Position numbers and translations under genes: made by a program. This document shows, piece by piece, positions 1-9,544 of a stretch of 64,000 bases of DNA; the first letter of the stretch is position 1; each line of letters begins with the position of its first letter. The DNA lies in the NCBI GenBank assembly GCA_965261395.1, contig OZ253462.1, positions 384,001 through 448,000 of the forward strand, given 5' to 3'. Origin of the DNA: Candidatus Latescibacterota bacterium. Its GTDB lineage: Bacteria > Latescibacterota > UBA2968 > UBA8231. Under the pieces are notes generated by a model, which was not told where the DNA came from, searched no databases, and saw nothing but the letters and a program-made list of their open reading frames with translations.

Positions 1-1620
1 GGTGGCCTCGGGGGCGTAGTCCGACACCCCGTCTCGGTTTACCGTCAGGACGCTGGTGCGGTACCCGTCTTCCATGCCGAATCCCTCGCCCATAAAGCTC
101 CAAGGCCCCTCCCGGAAGGCCAAATTGACCAACCAGCCTACCTCGTGGCGGTTCCCCGCGATGCCGTTGATCGCACGGTGCGAATCGCGCCCTATGCTGG
201 GATATTTTCGGTACTGGGTATTGAGGTTTACTTCCCCGTAAAAATCGAAGCCGTGAAAATCCCGCACCTCGGCCGTCAGACCAACGATCTGGTTGGCCGT
301 AGGCAGTCCATAATCGAAGACGACCTCGCGCTGGTTCAACTGGTTCTTGATATTGCCATCGGCCCGCGCCACGGGTAAAAATTGAGGCACGCTAAATTCG
401 TCCGTCTGCCTATTGGAACTGACCTCGACGCGATAGTCGTTGGCTAGCACGAGGCGGAAGCGCACGTCCCGAATGGCGCTAACCGCGGCCGCGGCCTCAG
501 ATAGGGTGAGATCTAAGTGTTGCTGGAAGAGCGCACGCAAGGTTCCCTCTTCCCCCGTCGTCTCCCTAGGGGCCAAGGAATATTGCAAAATGATCTGGTC
601 CGCTCCATCGGCCGTTAGAAACCCCCGGTCTCGCCGCCCCCCCGCAATGGTCGGTCTAAAGCCGATACTGCTGCTGAGGATGACGGTATCCCGCTCCACG
701 TGGACTAGCTGGTCCCGAATCATCTCTTGACGGCTTAGGGTGGTGCGGATTTCGATCTCCTCGCTGACCAAGACGGCACCACCTTCGCCATCTTCTGGCG
801 AGTCGTCCGAGAGCCGCACCAAAAGCTGGTCAACCCGCTGGGCCAGTTGTCCCGCCGTCAGGGCACCCTTGAACACATTCCCTTGGAAGCTCTCGTTGCT
901 GCCAGTGTTGTTGTGGCTGTTGACGAAGTTCATCCCCAAGGTAAAAGAATCGGTCAAATCGGCTTCTAGTCGGCCCGCGGTGAGGTTGGTGGCGTACTGG
1001 AAGCGCGCGGTGCCCCCCGAAAGGAGAGGAAACGAAACCCGCGAAAAAAGCCCAGTAGCGCGAAAGCGGTCTGCGGCAAAGTCAGCTACCACCCCGTTGA
1101 ATCCCGCCTTGCGGAAGGTCATCGGCGTTAGGGTAGTCCATATCTCGTCTCCGACCATGACCGAATAGCGGTACTGGCCCTTGGTGTCCCCGGATATGAC
1201 CAAGCGGCTAAACCAGTTGTTGTACTGGCCACCTTTTCTGACGGAGGAACTCTCGGCGATCAGTGGTTTCGTCTGGCGCCAGTCGTACACTAGCCAGCCC
1301 CGCGTAATGAGGCGACCGAAGGGATCGTAGAAGAGATCCCCCTCTGATGCGGGGTTGATATAGCGCTTGTGGGCTTGGCGGGCGTAGTTGGTGTACTCCC
1401 ACTGATTGCGGCCGAATTCGCCAAAGAGGGGGGCCGGCATGTACCAGCGCTGCACGGTCGGGTCCAGTGCCTCTATATAGGTGGTCACGCCGGGCACGTG
1501 GTAAATGACGCGGTCTCCCACCCGATCCCCCAGACGACCCCCATAGTCGATTTGAGCAGCGGCTACCCCCCACAGACTCAACCCGGCCAGAGCAGCCAAT
1601 GTGATGTGACGCGCCCTCAT
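1..1620 (-). CDS. Large secreted hypothetical protein, paralogue of 1626..4433; runs off left edge of window
   Basis: Not in ORF track (no stop in window). Manual translation from ATG at 1620: MRARHITLAALAGLSLWGVAAAQIDYGGRLG...ALDPTVQRWY...QWEYTNYAR...RGWLVYDWRQ...TTLTPMTF...LSDDSPEDGEGGA...YGLPTAN...GFDFYGE, collinear with 1626..4433; signal-peptide-like N-terminus. Confidence 0.85.
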   Translation of the reverse strand, partial: MRARHITLAALAGLSLWGVAAAQIDYGGRLGDRVGDRVIYHVPGVTTYIEALDPTVQRWYMPAPLFGEFGRNQWEYTNYARQAHKRYINPASEGDLFYDPFGRLITRGWLVYDWRQTKPLIAESSSVRKGGQYNNWFSRLVISGDTKGQYRYSVMVGDEIWTTLTPMTFRKAGFNGVVADFAADRFRATGLFSRVSFPLLSGGTARFQYATNLTAGRLEADLTDSFTLGMNFVNSHNNTGSNESFQGNVFKGALTAGQLAQRVDQLLVRLSDDSPEDGEGGAVLVSEEIEIRTTLSRQEMIRDQLVHVERDTVILSSSIGFRPTIAGGRRDRGFLTADGADQIILQYSLAPRETTGEEGTLRALFQQHLDLTLSEAAAAVSAIRDVRFRLVLANDYRVEVSSNRQTDEFSVPQFLPVARADGNIKNQLNQREVVFDYGLPTANQIVGLTAEVRDFHGFDFYGEVNLNTQYRKYPSIGRDSHRAINGIAGNRHEVGWLVNLAFREGPWSFMGEGFGMEDGYRTSVLTVNRDGVSDYAPEAT

Positions 1621-1625
1621 CCCTA

Positions 1626-4433
1626 TTACAATCCGGCGTAGATGGTGATAAAGCTAGTGGTCTCGGTCCGGCCTTTGATGCGCTTGTCGAAGACCCGAGG
1701 TTCTACCTCCCGCACCTCCTCGGTGAAGGTGCGGCCGATGCGTAAGCCGAGTTGCATCGTCATCCTGTAGCCCAAATAGTTCGAGTTGTTGGTTAGCTGC
1801 ACCGCAAAAACCGCGGAGCGCAAATCCCCGGTCTCTTCGGCGATGCCCTGCTCGACCATATCCTCCTCCTGCTGTACCAGTTCGTTGAACTGGGCCAACT
1901 CCACCCCGAAGTCAAATACGCTGCTGTTGAGTAGGGGCACTTGGGCCAAAAGCGAGACAATCCCAGTCCATTGTTTTAGGTCTTCTTCGACCTGCACAAA
2001 GGCGTCTTGGCGGAAGTACTCACTTTTGAGCCTAGGCTGTAGGATAAAATGACCTAGATGGAGCTTGTACTCGAATTTGTTGATCAGGCCCAAGAGGAAG
2101 GGCGAACTGGCCAATTTCCGGCCGTCGATGTCGCGGGCCTCGTCTTGGACTTGGTTGTAGCGCTCGTATTTGAGTTTGTTGACGATCTCGAAATTGGCAA
2201 TGGCTGTGTAGTCCACCCCCAGCCACGCGGTGTTGATCCAGGTATCGGGAAAGACCAGCATATCCGCCACCAGCGGCGGCGTGGGCGCGTCGAGGAAGGG
2301 CAGCGGTGCCCGCCGGGCGTCGGGGATGGTGTCCACGACCCGCTTGAGCATATCGAAGACCCGTACCCGCCCCAAACCGGGGTAGTCTTTGTCGAGGGTG
2401 AACATGGCATACGCGGTTTGGTTGTCCCGATCATCCGAGAGCATGCGCTCGTCGAGCCGCCCTACCAGTAAGCGCGCCTCGGGGAAAAGGTGAAAGCCAA
2501 AAAAGACGTTGTACCCGCGCCGGTCGGGCTTGTAGGGATAGTCGGCCAACTCGTCGTCCTCAAAACGGTCGATCCAGCCGTTGTTGTTGAGGTCAATGCC
2601 AAAGAGGAGTTCGGGCCGATCGACGTGGTAGCGCAAAAACGGCTCTTCGTAGTCGGGAATGGAATTGGGCACCGAGCGGTTGTCGTTCTGGTTGAAATCC
2701 GAAATGAAGTCGAGGTTTTCGTCCCAGCCGGGAAACACCTCCCGGTCATTCGACTGCGAGCCTACCCGAGCCCAGTCGGGCTGGCGGTCTTGGTCGTCAT
2801 TGTCGGCGACAAATTCGTAAACCGAGCGTATGGGATCGTCGTAGTAAACGTCACCTCCGGGCAGGGAGACAAACGCCGAGGTCGAATAGTCGGCATCCAC
2901 CGAATAGGCTTCACCATAAGCAAAAAACGGATAGGCCTCTTTGGACAGGTTGAAGATGGTAGCTTGGCCGCTCTCCGCAGAGATCTCGTGCCCTTCGTTG
3001 GCGTTGAACAGGGCGGCATTAGGGTACTGGAAATAGCGCAGGTTGTTGTTCCATTCACCGTAGAAATCAAAGCCCCACACGTTCTTGCCCTCAATGGTCA
3101 ATCCGGCGATCATATTGGCCGAGGGCAAGCCGTAGTTAAAAAGAACCCGCTGGGCGTTGGATATATCCTTTATATTGCCAGATGCCTGCCGTATGTCGAT
3201 GAGCACCGGCTCGGCTTCTGCAATGACTTGGTTGGTCAGCGGCGGAGGCGGCACCGGGCGCGTGCCAGTTTGCAGATTGGACCACATCTCGACCTTGAAA
3301 TCATTGGCTAGCACATAGTCGAATTCCACCTCGACTATGGCGGTTAAATCCGGTCCTACATACGCCGGGTCCGTAAAGTCGTAATTGAGGATGATCCGCT
3401 CGGTCCCGTCGGCGGCCAAAAAGCCAGTGCGCGGAAAGCCGCCGAATACGGTCGGCCATTCCGCCCCCTCGCGCACCACCTCGTCCAACGTCGAGACAGT
3501 CTCTAGTCCGGTCTCAAAATCGCGGCTCCTGATGCGTATATCGTGGCTGAAAAGGGCCGCGCCGCCCTCTTCGTCCTCCGGGCTGTCGTCGCTGAGGACG
3601 ATAGCGATGGCCGTAACCGGCGTACTGGTCTGGCCCGAGGTGAGGTTGCCCGCTAGGAGATTGCCTTCGAACATGTCCAAGGCGGTATTGGCGTTGTGGG
3701 CGTTGACCACGGTCCCGCCCAAAGTGATAAAGTCGCCCACCTGAGCGATGGCCCGGCCACCGAACAGGGAGGTCGAATTGGATTGCCGTCTAGGATTGAT
3801 GGTCACGCCCACGGCCGGATCATTGATCCGCGAGGCTAGCACAGTGGCGGCGTATTTGTCCGAGGCGAAGTCGATCTGGACTCCGTTGAAATTCGGCTTG
3901 GAAAAGGTCATCGGCGTGAGGGTGGTGCGGATCGAGTTGCCCACGGTAATGGCGTAGGAGTACTGGCCCCTGGAGTCGCCGCTTACGGTCACCGAACTAA
4001 AGAACTGATCGAATTGACGACCCTTGAAGATACCGCTGCCCAACTCTTGGGGCTGGTCTTGGCGCCAGTCGTACACCAGCCAGCCGCGGTTGATATAGTT
4101 GCCGAAAAAGTCGTAGAAGTAGTCGCCCTCTAGGTTGGTGTTGATATAGCGCTGGTACTGGTCGCGGGCGTAGTTGGAGTACTCCCATTGGCGCCACCTG
4201 AACTCGTAGTAGAGTTCTTGGGGAACGTACCACTTCTGTACGGCAGGATCGAGCGCTCCAAAGAGTACGCCTGGGCCCCGGGGCTCAAAACTGACTTCGC
4301 CGCCGCGCTGAATCCCTAGGCGGGTGCCGTAGTCTTGGGCGTGGAGCACGGTTTGAAACGCGACCAACAGTGCCAGCCCAATCGTTAAATTCGCTCCGCG
4401 GACATTCAATGCCGCACCCTCCCAATTCTGCAT
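1626..4433 (-). CDS. Large secreted/outer-membrane hypothetical protein (935 aa) with Asp-rich Ca-binding-like loops
   Basis: Signal peptide (LALLVAFQTVLHA-QD); DNDDQD, DENLDFISDFNQNDN, DLNNNGWID motifs; C-terminal third has alternating hydrophobic strands. Confidence 0.85.
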   Translation of the reverse strand: MQNWEGAALNVRGANLTIGLALLVAFQTVLHAQDYGTRLGIQRGGEVSFEPRGPGVLFGALDPAVQKWYVPQELYYEFRWRQWEYSNYARDQYQRYINTNLEGDYFYDFFGNYINRGWLVYDWRQDQPQELGSGIFKGRQFDQFFSSVTVSGDSRGQYSYAITVGNSIRTTLTPMTFSKPNFNGVQIDFASDKYAATVLASRINDPAVGVTINPRRQSNSTSLFGGRAIAQVGDFITLGGTVVNAHNANTALDMFEGNLLAGNLTSGQTSTPVTAIAIVLSDDSPEDEEGGAALFSHDIRIRSRDFETGLETVSTLDEVVREGAEWPTVFGGFPRTGFLAADGTERIILNYDFTDPAYVGPDLTAIVEVEFDYVLANDFKVEMWSNLQTGTRPVPPPPLTNQVIAEAEPVLIDIRQASGNIKDISNAQRVLFNYGLPSANMIAGLTIEGKNVWGFDFYGEWNNNLRYFQYPNAALFNANEGHEISAESGQATIFNLSKEAYPFFAYGEAYSVDADYSTSAFVSLPGGDVYYDDPIRSVYEFVADNDDQDRQPDWARVGSQSNDREVFPGWDENLDFISDFNQNDNRSVPNSIPDYEEPFLRYHVDRPELLFGIDLNNNGWIDRFEDDELADYPYKPDRRGYNVFFGFHLFPEARLLVGRLDERMLSDDRDNQTAYAMFTLDKDYPGLGRVRVFDMLKRVVDTIPDARRAPLPFLDAPTPPLVADMLVFPDTWINTAWLGVDYTAIANFEIVNKLKYERYNQVQDEARDIDGRKLASSPFLLGLINKFEYKLHLGHFILQPRLKSEYFRQDAFVQVEEDLKQWTGIVSLLAQVPLLNSSVFDFGVELAQFNELVQQEEDMVEQGIAEETGDLRSAVFAVQLTNNSNYLGYRMTMQLGLRIGRTFTEEVREVEPRVFDKRIKGRTETTSFITIYAGL

Positions 4434-4472
4434 GGTAAAAATTCATCACGAGGGAATTCCCCTCGCCCAATA

Positions 4473-6758
4473 TCAATACGCTACCCCGACAAGCCCCACC
4501 CGCTTCTCCTCTCCGGTCCCCGCATCCAAAGCGACAGCAAAGATATAGTGGCCCGGCGGCACCGCGTTGTCCCCATCGTCGCGCCCGTCCCAGAAGCGGG
4601 GGAATCGACCGCTCATATCCAAGCCTTCGTAGAGGTTGCGGATCAGCCGGCCACTCAAATCGTAGATCCTGAGCCGCACCCGGGTCGGGTGGGCTATATT
4701 GGTAATATCATAAGTAATGGCCGCCCGCTCGTTGACCCCGTCGCCATTGGGGGTAAAAACGCTGGGGGAGGCCGCCACATTCACTAGTAGTTCGTCGGTG
4801 ATCGGCACGTTGACAAAGAGGTTTTCTGGATCGAGGGTGCCCACGGCTTTGCGGTCGGGATCATCCATGCCCTCCCGGCTCAAATCCGCGGCATTACCGG
4901 CCAACACCACTTGACCCAGCACCTCGTTGTCGGCTGTGAGCGCCCGGCCGGCAAAGCGAGTTCCTAGGCGCAGGACCGTATTTTCAAATTCTAAGGTCAA
5001 GAGTACCCCATTCTCCTCAATCCGCGGAAAGGCCATGACAAAGCCGTCGTCGCGCACTGCCACCACGCTAAAGCCATTCTGCTCGACCGGTAGCGCTGCA
5101 AGGGACAAGCCGGAAAAATCCGCAGTTTCCGCCGTGCCGTCAGGCCGGCGTATTTCCACTCGGCCCATCGACTCCGTGCGCAGCGGTGTGCTGATTTCAA
5201 AGCGGTCAAAGCCCGCATTCTGGGGAGTGGATTTGACCAGTACGCCATACGTGAAGCGGGTGGCTTGGCCTAAGATGGCGGTGCGGGGCAGAATCTCGGC
5301 GATGAGGGAGTCGGCGAAGACGGGCTGGAAAACATCCCAAGCCATCCCGCCGATGCCAGTAGCCGCATCGACATCGGCGTTGAAGAATTCGATCATAACT
5401 TGAAAATAGCGCCGCGGGCTAGGCGATACGATCAGCGTCCCCGATCCCTGCACCTGAAGTTGGTCTGGGACGACAATTCCCTCGGGCGAATAGGGAGGGG
5501 ACCAAGGGCTCCAATTGGTGAGGTCTTCGCGAATCACCGATTTTTGGTCGCTCGCCAACTTGTTGTAGTCCGCCTCGTCGAGGGTGATCTGGGACCGCTG
5601 TTCAAAAGGCAACTGGCCAAAGGTCAAAAGCGCCTCGCGCCCGTCCATCTCTTCGTTGTCGAGGAGGTTGGCGATCAGGCTGTTGAGTTCGCTGTCTTCT
5701 ACATCTTCGGCCTTCTTCCAAGGCGCGTCGATGGGGATGTCAAAAACGGTATCGCCCCGCTGTTCAAGTCGGCCAGAGGATTGCTTGCCGATCCGGGTGA
5801 ACTCGACCGGCTGGGGATCGCCCCCAGTGCGGGTGCGGATCTGCACCCTAGAGCGGGTTGGATCGCCCACCTGCTCTTCAACCCAGCGCAAACGGCCCAA
5901 AAGCGCCCGGTCGCCAAAATCGAATACATTGGAAATGTACACGGCCTGCGGCACAAAGCCCTCGCTGAACACTTGGAACTCGGCGATCTCAAAGTCCGCA
6001 GCCGTCAGAGACTTGAGCCGCAAAAAGCGCACGAAGCGGGTGGGGATTCGCACATCCACCACCGCTTCTTGGTTCTGCCCCTCAAAGGCGACAGTCTCCC
6101 AGATCAGACTGCCCTCGCGGCGCGATTCGGGTTGGCCGTCATTGACGAAAATTTCGTAGCCCTTCAAAAAGTCGTCTTGGGACTGGAAATCGGGAGCTGG
6201 AAAGGCCGGATCGGCGTTGCGCGGAAAAAACTTGAACCGATTGATGCCAAAGATGGCCCCCAAGTCGAATTCGATGAGCAGGCCAAAAGCCCCGGTACCC
6301 CCCGTGCCCGAGGATTGCAGCGCTAAGGCGGTATTTCCGTCGTCGTCGAACATCTGGGGAAAGTCGGCTTCTAGAAAGCGGAAGGAGGGGATGGGCGTGA
6401 TGACGCTGCCACCGCGCTCCTTCGAGTTGACGCCGATCAATATGTTGTCCGTCGTATCGGCCTGCTGCGGGAAGATCCAATGGGCGCGCTCAAAGGGAGC
6501 AAAGTCGATGACGCCGCCGGGCGCGTTGGATTGATCGACAGTCGCCGGGCCGAGGATTACCGTAGCCGGGATCTCCCCGCCACCACTCTCCCAAGACAAC
6601 CCACCCTCGCCCCCCAGTTGGACGACCTCGATTTGGGCACCAACCGGTGCCTGATAACTCAATCCTCCGAGAATAGAGAACAGGAGCAGAGCCCTAAGCG
6701 CGATCCGTCGTCGCCTGTGGTCCTTTTGACCTGCCTGGGATTGTAGCATGGTTGGCAT
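4473..6758 (-). CDS. Secreted protein with discoidin-like jelly-roll region and C-terminal FlgD-Ig/T9SS type B-like domain (subtype A)
   Basis: Signal peptide; FDLG...RFKFFPR...RFVRFLRL...IAEFQVF; C-terminus SPSVFTPNGDGVNE...IYDLSGR...WDGRD...VPPGHY...VGVAY. Start chosen downstream of AGAGGAG (6749 also possible). Confidence 0.85.
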   Translation of the reverse strand: MPTMLQSQAGQKDHRRRRIALRALLLFSILGGLSYQAPVGAQIEVVQLGGEGGLSWESGGGEIPATVILGPATVDQSNAPGGVIDFAPFERAHWIFPQQADTTDNILIGVNSKERGGSVITPIPSFRFLEADFPQMFDDDGNTALALQSSGTGGTGAFGLLIEFDLGAIFGINRFKFFPRNADPAFPAPDFQSQDDFLKGYEIFVNDGQPESRREGSLIWETVAFEGQNQEAVVDVRIPTRFVRFLRLKSLTAADFEIAEFQVFSEGFVPQAVYISNVFDFGDRALLGRLRWVEEQVGDPTRSRVQIRTRTGGDPQPVEFTRIGKQSSGRLEQRGDTVFDIPIDAPWKKAEDVEDSELNSLIANLLDNEEMDGREALLTFGQLPFEQRSQITLDEADYNKLASDQKSVIREDLTNWSPWSPPYSPEGIVVPDQLQVQGSGTLIVSPSPRRYFQVMIEFFNADVDAATGIGGMAWDVFQPVFADSLIAEILPRTAILGQATRFTYGVLVKSTPQNAGFDRFEISTPLRTESMGRVEIRRPDGTAETADFSGLSLAALPVEQNGFSVVAVRDDGFVMAFPRIEENGVLLTLEFENTVLRLGTRFAGRALTADNEVLGQVVLAGNAADLSREGMDDPDRKAVGTLDPENLFVNVPITDELLVNVAASPSVFTPNGDGVNERAAITYDITNIAHPTRVRLRIYDLSGRLIRNLYEGLDMSGRFPRFWDGRDDGDNAVPPGHYIFAVALDAGTGEEKRVGLVGVAY

Positions 6759-6847
6759 ATCTTCTAACTCGACTCCTCTGGGCCAAGGCAAGTAACTGTA
6801 TGAAATACAAAAAGACACAGCAACCAAAATCCGTCAACGCATAGCCG

Positions 6848-8553
6848 CTAGGGTTGGTTGGCTTCAATCCGGGTCTCGCCCATAAACCCACCGGCGATCA
6901 AACGTTCCGCTAGGGCCTTAGCCGCGCTACTCGGCAAGTTTCTATTGGCCCTAATGCCTAGCCGACCACCTACTCTTTCTAGCATTGCCAAGCCCGCCAA
7001 ACTCTGCAATTTCTCGTTAAATTGGACAAATAAATGGCCTTCGATGGTCCTGAGTTCGCCTAATCCAGCCGCGCTGATCAAGGCACCGTTCCGCTCCAAG
7101 AGCAGGTTCCCGCGCACCACTTTGAGGGCCTGCAATCCGCTTAGCGTCTTTAGTGCGTTGTTATTGCGGATAATCAGATCGCCTCCTAGGCGGGATAGGG
7201 CACCCAAGCCCTCGACGCTAGCCAACGCCTCGTTGCCTTCGAGCAGTAGTCCATCCTCCACGATTTTGAGGCGGCGCAAGCCCTGCAAATCGACCAGCAA
7301 CCCATTGCCAACAATCGCCAGTTTACCCCCGACGCTTTCCACCTTGTGCAGCCCCTCCAACGTCGTCAGTGAAGGATTGTTCTCAACCCGCAGAAACTCA
7401 TCTACGATGCCCAAACGGCGCAGCCCAACCAGATCAGTCAGGGCACCATTGCCGAAGATGGATAGGATTCCCCTTATCCGGCTCAGGCGGTGCAGCCCTG
7501 CCAAACTGATCAGCGCTCCATTATCGACGATCAGCAAATCCCCGCCGACGTAGTCTAGACGGCGCAGACCCGCCAAACTTTGCAGCGCGCTATTGCCGAT
7601 GATCAAGAGGAGTCCCTCAATGCGGGCCAAGCCGGCCAAGCCCTCGAGATCGGGCAGAACGCTATTGGCCTGAATCAGCAAATCGCCCCAATGCTCTGGC
7701 ACCCGGCCAAGCCCGCCAAAGATACCAGCGCATCGTTTTTCTCGACTCTCAGACTACCCCCGATCTGGCGCAGGCTACCCAAGCTCGCCAAACGCTCCAA
7801 ACGGGGGTTGCCGATTACCAACACATTCCCAGCGACGCGCGCGAGTTGCTCTAGGCCCGCTAGCTCGACCAAGGCTCTATTTTTCCTAATCCGCAAAAAA
7901 CCGCCCACGTCTTCCAATCGCCGCAGTCCCCCCAAGGCTTGCAACGCCCGATTGCGCTCTATAGCCAACCCGCCCTTTAGGCGTTTGATTCCCTCTAGGC
8001 CGACCAGGCTTTTTAGCGATCCATTGCCGACGACGAGTACCTGCCCCTCTATCGCCTCCAATCGCTCCAGCCCCTCAATGCGGACGAGTTGGCGATTGAA
8101 TTGAATCCTGAGCGACCCGCCCATACGACTAACCCGACGCAACCCCCTCAGACCCACCAAGGCATCGTTGCGCTCGACTATTAAGCTGCCCCCCAATTCC
8201 TCCAGAGACCGCAATCCCTCCAAATCCACGAGTTTGGGGTTGCGCCGGATCCTCAGACTGCCCCCAATCCGCTTTACGTGGTGCAGGCCCGCCAAACTTT
8301 CCAACGAGTCACTATGCTCAATGCTCAGATCGCCTCCTATATACTCGAGTCGCTCCAACCCGTGCAGCGTTTTCAGTTGGTCGCTCTGCACGAGCAAATG
8401 TCCTTCAATAGACCGGGTCGTCAAAGCACCTAGGTCGGCTGCCGAATCAATGACCAATCCTTCTGCTGGTTTGTTCGACTCAGTCGCTTTTATCGGGCCA
8501 ACACTCCAACACAACACCCCAATCAGCGGTGCGAGCAGGGCGCTGTGATTCAT
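6848..8553 (-). pseudogene. Secreted leucine-rich-repeat (receptor L-domain-like, 25-aa period) protein split by a 1-nt frameshift
   Basis: ORFs 7675..8553 and 6848..7702 carry the same LxGLxxLxxIGGxLxIxxNxxLxxL repeat; one extra G in the G4 run (C4 at 7686-7689) restores SIGGDLLIQ and a single 568-aa ORF. Confidence 0.8.
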
Positions 8554-8573
8554 TATGTGGTCCCTAGGCTAAA

Positions 8574-8598
8574 GTTTCCCCGCTCAAAGCGGGGGAAC
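8574..8598 (-). terminator. Stem-loop between CRTAC1-like gene and LRR gene; possible intrinsic terminator
   Basis: GTTTCCCCGCT-CAA-AGCGGGGGAAC, 11-bp stem with one imperfect pair, followed by only TTT on minus strand. Confidence 0.35.
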
Positions 8599-8604
8599 GC
8601 AAAG

Positions 8605-9380
8605 TCAATGAGTAGGTTGGACTACCCGTACAATCTGATTGGAGTCAATAGCGGCCAACGTCTGAACTTGGCCATCGGGCCAGCGAATCGTTATATCCGC
8701 CTTCGTCGCCTGACCGAGGCCAAAATGAAGGCGGGGATCGTGGCCGGATAGATAGCTCCCCCCGGACTGGCGCTCCCGCACCTGACGCGCACCGCCAGCC
8801 GTAACGGTGACGCGGGCACCCAACGCATCCCGCTGACCGGCACCGACCAAGAGGAGCTCGATCCAGTGCTGGCGATTGCCCCCATCGTTGCGCAACAGGC
8901 GCGGCCGGCCGGCCACAGTGGTCGCCAGTAGATCCAGATCGCCGTCGTTGTCAAAATCGGCCGCCGCCGCGCCGCGAACCGCGCGCTCAACGACAAAGTC
9001 GGTGCCCAGTTGATCGGAGACCTCTTCAAAATGAGCACCGTCTTGGTTGCGCAGCATAAGGTCGGGCTGGGCGTAGCGGAGGTCGGCGTCGAGTTGCTCG
9101 ATATTATCCACCACGTGCCCGTTGCCGACAAATAAATCGAGGTCGCCATCGTTGTCGTAGTCCATGAATTTGGTCCCGAACCCCAAGGACAGATAACTGG
9201 GTGCCCCCAAGCCGAGGTGGGCGGTAAAATCGGCAAAGCGCCCCCGGCCATCGTTCCAGTAGAGGGTGTTGGTTTCGCGCGAGTAATTGGTTACGAAAAG
9301 ATCGGCGTACCCGTCGTTGTCAAAATCGCCGAAGTCCACCCCCATACCGGCTTCGGCGTGCCCATCTTCATTTATAGTGC
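8605..9380 (-). pseudogene. CRTAC1/ASPIC-UnbV family protein (FG-GAP repeats), N-terminally truncated
   Basis: AGMGVDFGDFDNDG, DYDNDGDLDL, DFDNDGDLDL, GARVTV, GGSYLS...RLHFGLG, IRWPDG; family-like sequence begins abruptly at NEDGHAEAGMG with no signal peptide. Confidence 0.75.
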
Positions 9381-9544
9381 TGGAAATCAATCCCGGCTTC
9401 TTGGGCGACTTCCCGGTATCGCACCTGCGCCTCTGCCGCGACCACACAAGCGCACAAGATGGACAATCCTACGTATCTTCTCATATACTAATTGCTCGGT
9501 TTATTTGACCGACAATCTAACCGCATCAACAAACCGGGACACTC

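Noticed and set aside
8574-8598. Hairpin resembling a type I-E CRISPR repeat (GTTCCCCGC...GCGGGG)
   Set aside because: Single copy, no spacers, no cas genes; treated as a possible terminator
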